Of a stretch of 64,000 nt of DNA, positions 58,287-64,000 are shown piece by piece (positions within the stretch are counted from its first letter, which is position 1; each line of letters opens with the position of its first letter). The notes beneath the pieces were generated by a model. It had not been told where the DNA came from, searched no databases, and worked only from the letters and a program-made list of their open reading frames with translations. A program made the position numbers and the translations under genes. The DNA comes from Aquificaceae bacterium. Its GTDB lineage: Bacteria; Aquificota; Aquificia; Aquificales; Aquificaceae. The stretch is taken from NCBI GenBank assembly GCA_026414575.1, contig JAOAIS010000001.1, positions 296 through 64,295 of the forward strand, read 5' to 3'.

Positions 58287-59315
58287 ATGGAGAGAACAAT
58301 TATTTTTAACCCCGAGGGCAACAGGGAACCCTCAAAGCGCAAGATTGTCCTCGGAAACCCCACCAACATAATGGAGCTAAACAGCGTCAAATACCAGTGG
58401 GCTTTTGACCTTTATAAGACTATGGGCTTTACCAACTTTTGGATTCCTGAAGAAATTCCAATGCATGAGGACAGAAAGCAATACGAGAAGGAGCTTTCCG
58501 AGTACGAGAAAAGGGCTTATGAGATGGTGCTTTCCTTCTTGATTGCCTTGGACTCTTATCAGGTAAACATGCTTAAGGAGTTTGCCCGTTACATAACGGC
58601 TCCAGAGCTGGTAATGGCTCTTACATCTCAGGAGTTTCAGGAGGCATTGCACAGCTACTCATACCAGTTTATCCTTGAGAGCGTGGTGGACCCAAGGGTG
58701 GCGGATGAGATATACAACTACTGGCGACAGGACAAGGTACTTATGGAAAGGAACAAGGTTATAGCGGAGCTTTACAATGAGTTTATAAGAAAACCCAGCG
58801 AGGAGAACTTCATAAAGGCGGTTTTTGGTAACTATGTGCTGGAAAGTCTGTACTTCTACTCGGGGTTTGCCTTCTTTTACACTCTTGGAAGACAGGGCAA
58901 GATGAGAAACACGGTCCAACAGATAAAGTACATAAACAGGGATGAACTTACCCATGTAACCCTTTTTAGAAACATTATCCTTTCCCTAAAGGAAGAACAG
59001 CCGGAGCTTTTTACCCCCGAGACAGAAAACTGGGTATACGAACTTTTCAAGTTTGCCACAGAAAAGGAAATTGAGTGGGGCAAGTATGTTACTCAGAATC
59101 AAATACTCGGTCTTAACGACTATCTCATAGACCGCTACATAAAATACCTTTCCAACTTAAGGCTGACCCAGCTTGGGTACAAGCCCCTGTATCCGGAGGC
59201 GGCCGACAATCCCATGAAGTGGATAGATACCTTCAGGACCATAAACGATACAAAGACCGATTTTTTCCAGGCAAAGCCCCAGACTTATGCCAAGAGGAGC
59301 GAGTTAAAGTGGTAA
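58287..59315 (+). CDS. nrdB: Class I ribonucleotide reductase beta subunit
   Basis: Metal ligands LDS, EALHSYSY, LESLYFYSGF, RDELTH; C-terminal DFF...Y. Confidence 0.96.
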   Translation: MERTIIFNPEGNREPSKRKIVLGNPTNIMELNSVKYQWAFDLYKTMGFTNFWIPEEIPMHEDRKQYEKELSEYEKRAYEMVLSFLIALDSYQVNMLKEFARYITAPELVMALTSQEFQEALHSYSYQFILESVVDPRVADEIYNYWRQDKVLMERNKVIAELYNEFIRKPSEENFIKAVFGNYVLESLYFYSGFAFFYTLGRQGKMRNTVQQIKYINRDELTHVTLFRNIILSLKEEQPELFTPETENWVYELFKFATEKEIEWGKYVTQNQILGLNDYLIDRYIKYLSNLRLTQLGYKPLYPEAADNPMKWIDTFRTINDTKTDFFQAKPQTYAKRSELKW

Positions 59316-59792
59316 GACACAGGCAAAGGGTTTTAGCTGGTTTTCTAAATTTTTTGCGTATTCCCTAAGCTCTACCCCATAGAGGGGATGCCTTAGTCCG
59401 GAGTTTATTTCCAACAGAGGAAAAAGGAAAAAGTCCCTTTCTAAAAGGTGTATATGTGGAATCTGCAAAAAGCTGAGCATGAGTATATTGTCTTCGTAAA
59501 GAAGTATGTCTAAGTCTATTTCCCTCGGACCCCATCGTTCTCTGGGCCTTCTGCCGCAAATTTTTTCTGTTTCTTTGAGTAATCTCAAAAGTTCTATAGG
59601 TTCAAGCTTAGTATCAAATTCAAAGACACCGTTTAGAAATCCCGGCTGGTCAAGCTTGCCCCAGGGTCTGCTTGTGTAAAGGGTTGATACTTTCCTTATG
59701 GTGCCGTAACCCTGCAGGAAATTGAGGGCTTTTAGTATGTAGGATAACCTATCCCCTACATTACTGCCAAAGGCTATGTAGCATACGGGCAT
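59304..59792 (-). CDS. folK: 6-hydroxymethyl-7,8-dihydropterin pyrophosphokinase
   Basis: AFGSNVGDR, FLNGV, WGPREIDLDIL, IPH, ERDF. Confidence 0.96.
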   Translation of the reverse strand: MPVCYIAFGSNVGDRLSYILKALNFLQGYGTIRKVSTLYTSRPWGKLDQPGFLNGVFEFDTKLEPIELLRLLKETEKICGRRPRERWGPREIDLDILLYEDNILMLSFLQIPHIHLLERDFFLFPLLEINSGLRHPLYGVELREYAKNLENQLKPFACVLPL

Positions 59793-59801
59793 GTAAAAAG
59801 G

Positions 59802-60551
59802 TTAATACATACCACCGTTAATGTGTAAAACTTCACCGGTTATGTAGTCTGCAAGGTCTGAGCATAGGAATAGCACTGCTCCTGCCACATCTTCCGGTCT
59901 TCCAAACCTCCCAAGGGGTATGTTCTTTAAATAGGTTTGTTTGAGCTCTTCGCTTAGTACCGCAGTCATATCCGTTTCTATAAAGCCGGGTGCTACCGCG
60001 TTTACGGTGATGTTCCTTCCTGCAAGCTCCTTTGCCAAGCTTTTGGTAAAACCTATGAGGGCGGATTTGGTAGAGGAATAGTTTACCTGCCCTACGTTGC
60101 CCGTAAAACCTACCACCGAGGATATGTTGACTACCCTACCCCAACGGTTTTTGAGCATGCCCTTTATTGCCATGGAGGTTACGAGGAAAGTGCCCGTCAG
60201 GTTTACCCTGAGCACTTCTTCCCAATCTTCCAAGGACATCCTAAGAAAAAGCCTGTCCTTTGTTAAAGCCGCGTTGTTCACGAGTATGTCCACACCGCCC
60301 CACTCCTCTTCTATCTTTGAGTATGCTACCTTTACAGTGGCTGTGTCTCCCATATCCATGGCAACGCCTAGGGCTTCTGTTCCAAAGGCCTCCCCTATTT
60401 CTGTGGCTACTTCTTTGGCCCTCAGGGGGTCCCTGCCAGTTATTACCACCTTTGCACCTGCTTTAGCAAGAAGTTCCGCAATGCTTTTTCCTATGCCACG
60501 CGTAGAGCCTGTAACTAAAGCCCTTTTGCCCGATAGGTCTAAGCAAAGCAT
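59802..60551 (-). CDS. fabG: 3-oxoacyl-ACP reductase
   Basis: TGSTRGIG, NNAALTKD, GQVNYSSTK, VAPGFIETDMT, NGGMY. Confidence 0.95.
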   Translation of the reverse strand: MLCLDLSGKRALVTGSTRGIGKSIAELLAKAGAKVVITGRDPLRAKEVATEIGEAFGTEALGVAMDMGDTATVKVAYSKIEEEWGGVDILVNNAALTKDRLFLRMSLEDWEEVLRVNLTGTFLVTSMAIKGMLKNRWGRVVNISSVVGFTGNVGQVNYSSTKSALIGFTKSLAKELAGRNITVNAVAPGFIETDMTAVLSEELKQTYLKNIPLGRFGRPEDVAGAVLFLCSDLADYITGEVLHINGGMY

Positions 60552-60569
60552 GGTAAGATTTTAACATAC

Positions 60570-61163
60570 ATGAGGCTTTTCTTCGGTGGCAGTTTTGACC
60601 CAGTGCATGTGGGTCATCTTATCGTGGCGAGGGATGTTTTAGAAGCCGTAGGTTTTGAAAAGGTGGTTTTTATTCCAGCCTTTCAGGCACCCCTTAAAGA
60701 ACCGCATTTGGCAAACCCGGTGGACAGGCTTAACATGTTAGAACTTGCTATAGAGGGTCATGAATCCTTTGAGACAAGCGCACTTGAGATAGAAAGGGGA
60801 GGCGTTTCCTACACGGTGGACACCGCCAGATATCTCTATGGGCTCTTTGGGGAGAGACCCTTCTTTTTGGTGGGCGCAGACAGCTTCCTAAGTCTTCACC
60901 TGTGGAAAAGACCTGAAGAACTCACATCTCTTGCTCGCTTTGTGGTAGTCGACAGAGAGGGCATGCATGCAAGGATTACATCTTACGTAAGGGATAGCTT
61001 CTCCCAATTAGAGGAGGGAAAAGACTTCTTTCTCATCTCCGTTCGAAGGATAGATTTGTCCTCCACAGAGATAAGGGAAAGGGTCAAGAGGGGTGCGTCC
61101 ATAAGATGGATGGTGCCAGAGAGGGTGGAAGAGTATATAAAGAGTAGGCGTCTGTACCTTTAG
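60570..61163 (+). CDS. nadD: Nicotinate-nucleotide adenylyltransferase
   Basis: GGSFDPVHVGH, SYTVDT, GADS, LSSTEIR. Confidence 0.96.
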   Translation: MRLFFGGSFDPVHVGHLIVARDVLEAVGFEKVVFIPAFQAPLKEPHLANPVDRLNMLELAIEGHESFETSALEIERGGVSYTVDTARYLYGLFGERPFFLVGADSFLSLHLWKRPEELTSLARFVVVDREGMHARITSYVRDSFSQLEEGKDFFLISVRRIDLSSTEIRERVKRGASIRWMVPERVEEYIKSRRLYL

Positions 61164-62938
61164 GCAACCTTCTCCACGGGCTTGAACCCTTCTTCCTTTA
61201 CGCTCCAGCACTCTTTAAAGACCGCATAAGGGCACCTTTTTTTGCAGTATTCTTGGTCAAGCCTCCCAAAAAGTCCAAGAATAGATTGACCCTTTGACTC
61301 GAAAACAAGGTCTACCTGCATGTGTCGGTCTATGTTCACCTTTTCAAGGAGCGGATAGAGGGTGCAGCCGATGTTGGCGATGGCAGGTTCAAGCCCCATG
61401 GTTCTTATCCTGTCTAGCAATCTCATGAGCACCAAGCTTCCAGAGGCATCCATGTAGTTTACCGCCTCCAAGTCAAGGAGCACAAACTTAAGACTTTTAC
61501 CGCGCTCTTCCACTTTCTGGAGTATGTACTCATACACATATTCTGCATTGCCGAAGTATATGGACATGTTAGGCCTCACATAGAGTATTTGTGGGCACTC
61601 GGGAAGGTTTTCCCTTTCTGCGTTTACGAAAGTGGAGGAGCGTGGGTTTCTGGTCAACACCACTATACGGGGATACATGGTTTTATAAACAAAGCTGCCA
61701 AGGGCTATCAGCGTACCAAGGGTTATGGCAACCCATAGGTCCATGAAGAAGACGGTAGCAAAGGTTACACCCGCCACTACCCCGTCCGTTGGGTTTATTC
61801 TGTAAAGCTTCATTATCTCTTGGGGTTTTATGAGGTCTAATACCGCAGAGAGCACTATGGCGGAGAGGGTAGCTTTGGGAAGGTAATAAAAGAGTGGTGC
61901 AAGAAAGAGAAGGGTCAAGCCTATCACTGAACCAGTTATGACACTTGCCAGAGGAGTCTTGGCGCCCAGCTTGAAGTTTAGGGCAGACCTCGAAAAGGAA
62001 CCCCCTACAGGAAAACCCTTGAAAACCCCGGCCACTATGTTGGCAAGGCCCTGCCCTATGAGCTCCTGATTTGGGTCCCATCGGTCGCCAACCTTAACTG
62101 CCAGCTGTTTTGCTATGGCTACCGCTTCCATAAGCCCAAAGGCGGATATGACAAGGGCACCAACCCAGAGCTGGGAGAAGGTTCTGTAGTCTACAAGAGG
62201 CATCTCAGGAGATGGAAGACCGCTTGGCACGCCACCTACCAGCGAGACGCCAAAGTTTTTAAGACCAAGAAGGTAAGATGTCAGCGAGGTTACCACCACT
62301 GCAAGCAAGGCGCCGGGAATTAAGGGGCTTATTTTTCTGGAGACCCATATGATGAAATAGGCGGTCAAACCTACAGCGAGGGTGTAAAGGTTGGTTTGGG
62401 AGAGCTTTCCAAGAATGTCTACCGCCACCTCGTATATGTGGGTGCTTTGGGTTATTTTGAAGCCCAAAAGGTGCCCTGCCTGACTAAGGGCTATAACAAG
62501 GGCACCGGCGCTAGTAAAGCCCACTATTACGCTGGTGGATATGAGTTCTACCACAAAGGCAAGCTTTAAAAGCCCCACCATCAGCCTGATAAAGCCCACC
62601 ATCAGCGCAAGCACACCTGCAAGGACTATCCATCTCTCGCTACTTGGTTCTGCAAGCCCATAGAGGGCAGAGCTTGTGAGCAGAGCGGTCATAGCTACTG
62701 GACCTGTGGCAAGGAAGCGTGAACTTCCGAAAAGGGCTGCTACTATGACGGGTAAGAAGGAGGCATAAAGGCCGTATATGGGAGGCATGCCTGCCAGCAG
62801 GGCGTAAGCCATGGATTGTGGTACAAGAACTGCTGCCACTGTGAGCCCAGCCACTAAATCCTTCGTGAACTTATCCCTATCGTAAGCCTTCAGCCAGGGC
62901 AAAAAGGGGGCAAGGTCAAGGGTTATGTTTACCTTCAT
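61160..62938 (-). CDS. SulP-family anion transporter with STAS domain
   Basis: DLVAGLTVA, PQSMAYA, NQELIGQG, GSFSRS, STAS YFGNA...DASG. Confidence 0.95.
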   Translation of the reverse strand: MKVNITLDLAPFLPWLKAYDRDKFTKDLVAGLTVAAVLVPQSMAYALLAGMPPIYGLYASFLPVIVAALFGSSRFLATGPVAMTALLTSSALYGLAEPSSERWIVLAGVLALMVGFIRLMVGLLKLAFVVELISTSVIVGFTSAGALVIALSQAGHLLGFKITQSTHIYEVAVDILGKLSQTNLYTLAVGLTAYFIIWVSRKISPLIPGALLAVVVTSLTSYLLGLKNFGVSLVGGVPSGLPSPEMPLVDYRTFSQLWVGALVISAFGLMEAVAIAKQLAVKVGDRWDPNQELIGQGLANIVAGVFKGFPVGGSFSRSALNFKLGAKTPLASVITGSVIGLTLLFLAPLFYYLPKATLSAIVLSAVLDLIKPQEIMKLYRINPTDGVVAGVTFATVFFMDLWVAITLGTLIALGSFVYKTMYPRIVVLTRNPRSSTFVNAERENLPECPQILYVRPNMSIYFGNAEYVYEYILQKVEERGKSLKFVLLDLEAVNYMDASGSLVLMRLLDRIRTMGLEPAIANIGCTLYPLLEKVNIDRHMQVDLVFESKGQSILGLFGRLDQEYCKKRCPYAVFKECWSVKEEGFKPVEKVA

Positions 62939-63279
62939 AAGCTTATCCTCCTTGCACCAGCCCTTTCACGCTGTACCTCTTTTAGTGCCTCAAGCAGGTC
63001 CATTCCCTGCATGTACAGTGTAAGGGCTTTTTCGAGCTCTGTTTTTGCCTCTACCTTGAATAGCCTATCTTCCAAAATGGTTCTTAGGCTTTTTGTTACC
63101 CTCTCCCTGTCTATACCAAGGCCGTACTCAAGTAGGTAGGCAAGCTCTAAAAGGGTGTAGTTGGAGAGGAATACCTTTCCCTTTTTTCTTTCCACCTCTC
63201 TAAAATACTTTTCAAGTCTTTCCGCTTTTTCTCCTCGTGTTAAGAAGTCAATAAGCTCTTTAGTGTCTATGGCATCCAT
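62935..63279 (-). CDS. Degenerate PIN-domain (VapC-like) protein
   Basis: IDTKELI, LSNYTLLELAYLL, DLLEAL pattern; lacks the C-terminal TxD motif. Confidence 0.6.
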   Translation of the reverse strand: MDAIDTKELIDFLTRGEKAERLEKYFREVERKKGKVFLSNYTLLELAYLLEYGLGIDRERVTKSLRTILEDRLFKVEAKTELEKALTLYMQGMDLLEALKEVQRERAGARRISL

Positions 63280-64000
63280 TCGGGTGGAACTCCCATCCCG
63301 TCTCTTAGCTGGCCGTTTCCAAAAATCACAAACTTCTGTATGGTTAACTCCTCAAGGGCCATGGGACCCCTTGCATGAATCTTGTCGGTGGATATGCCCA
63401 TCTCCGCACCCAGCCCAAACTCGTTGCCGTCAGTAAAACGGGTAGATGCATTCACATAAACTGCGGCCGAGTCCACCTCCCTTATAAATTTCATTGCTTT
63501 TGAATAGTTTTCCGTCACTATGGCATCCGAGTGTCTTGAGCCGTATTTTTCTATGAATTTTATCGCTTCCTCCAGGCTTTCCACAGTCTTTACTGCAAGT
63601 ATAAGGTCCAGAAATTCCTCGTAATAATCCTCCTCCTTGGCAGGCAACGCCTTAACATGCGAAAGCTCAGGTCTTGACCCGATGACTTTAAGGCTTTCTG
63701 GGTCGCACCTTAGTTCCACGCCAGCCCTGCCTAGTATGTCTGCCATCTTGGGCCAGAAGGTATGAAGGAGGTTTTTGTGCACTATGAGGTTTTCCACCGC
63801 GTTGCAGACGGAGGGTCTTTGCACCTTTGCGTTATAAACAATGTGATAAGCCTTGTTGAGGTCCGCTTCTTCGTCCACATATATGTTACAAACGCCCTTG
63901 TAATGTTTTATGACAGGTACTCGTGAGTTTTCAGCCACAGCCCTTATAAGGCTCTCTCCACCCCTTGGTATTGCCACATCCACCTTGCCTTCCATCCTAA
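63267..64000 (-). CDS. proA: Gamma-glutamyl phosphate reductase (5' end outside the window)
   Basis: IPRGG, SVCNA, HSDAI, NASTRFTDG, MGISTDKIHARGPM. Confidence 0.97.
   Translation of the reverse strand, partial: RMEGKVDVAIPRGGESLIRAVAENSRVPVIKHYKGVCNIYVDEEADLNKAYHIVYNAKVQRPSVCNAVENLIVHKNLLHTFWPKMADILGRAGVELRCDPESLKVIGSRPELSHVKALPAKEEDYYEEFLDLILAVKTVESLEEAIKFIEKYGSRHSDAIVTENYSKAMKFIREVDSAAVYVNASTRFTDGNEFGLGAEMGISTDKIHARGPMALEELTIQKFVIFGNGQLRDGMGVPPEWMP

Noticed and set aside
58287-59315. Intein or unusual metal-ligand set in NrdB
   Set aside because: Normal 342-aa length with a canonical Asp/Glu/His ligand set and the radical Tyr
1295-63436. Many 60-260 aa ORFs antisense or out of frame to identified genes
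   Set aside because: Shadow frames of well-supported genes with no motifs of their own
1-64000. CRISPR array, cas genes, intact IS or prophage
   Set aside because: No regularly spaced repeats and no transposase, cas or phage structural motifs seen in the ORFs or gaps

Overview
Gene-dense chromosomal window of a thermophilic bacterium, most likely Aquificaceae (Hydrogenobacter/Thermocrinis-like). That assignment is inferred from a protein-only RNase P (HARP), a Pab1020-type RNA ligase, the acidic IscU tail, an A2-type oxidase and TrpB2. Most of it is housekeeping: a Cus-like efflux pair, murB-ddl-ftsQAZ, argF, glmS, trmFO, pcrA/uvrD, glyQ, ktrAB, a coxC-sco-coxB-coxA operon, an Omp85, rimP-nusA-rlmD, nrdAB, folK, fabG, nadD, sulP and proA. 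It also holds an SRP RNA (20881-20958) and tRNA-Phe(GAA) (42250-42322). The most interesting part is 9.1-14.1 kb. An operon couples IscU, an uncharacterised Cys-rich PP-loop (ThiI/MnmA-like) enzyme, TusA, a DUF1858-like protein and an Nfu domain. It is followed by a ~140-nt rod-like folding intergenic sequence and then a convergent HARP / Rnl3 RNA ligase pair, together a candidate RNA modification, processing and ligation locus. Other points: a decayed foreign island (nuclease-like pseudogene plus possible integrase relic) between trmFO and SRP RNA; a tRNA methyltransferase whose C-terminus is encoded antisense to tRNA-Phe; a pentahaem lipoprotein ahead of the oxidase; an orphan degenerate PIN protein; and pervasive -10 boxes 6-10 nt before start codons, some bidirectional. 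No CRISPR array or intact mobile element was seen. All family calls come from motif recognition by eye; no database searches or folding programs were run.
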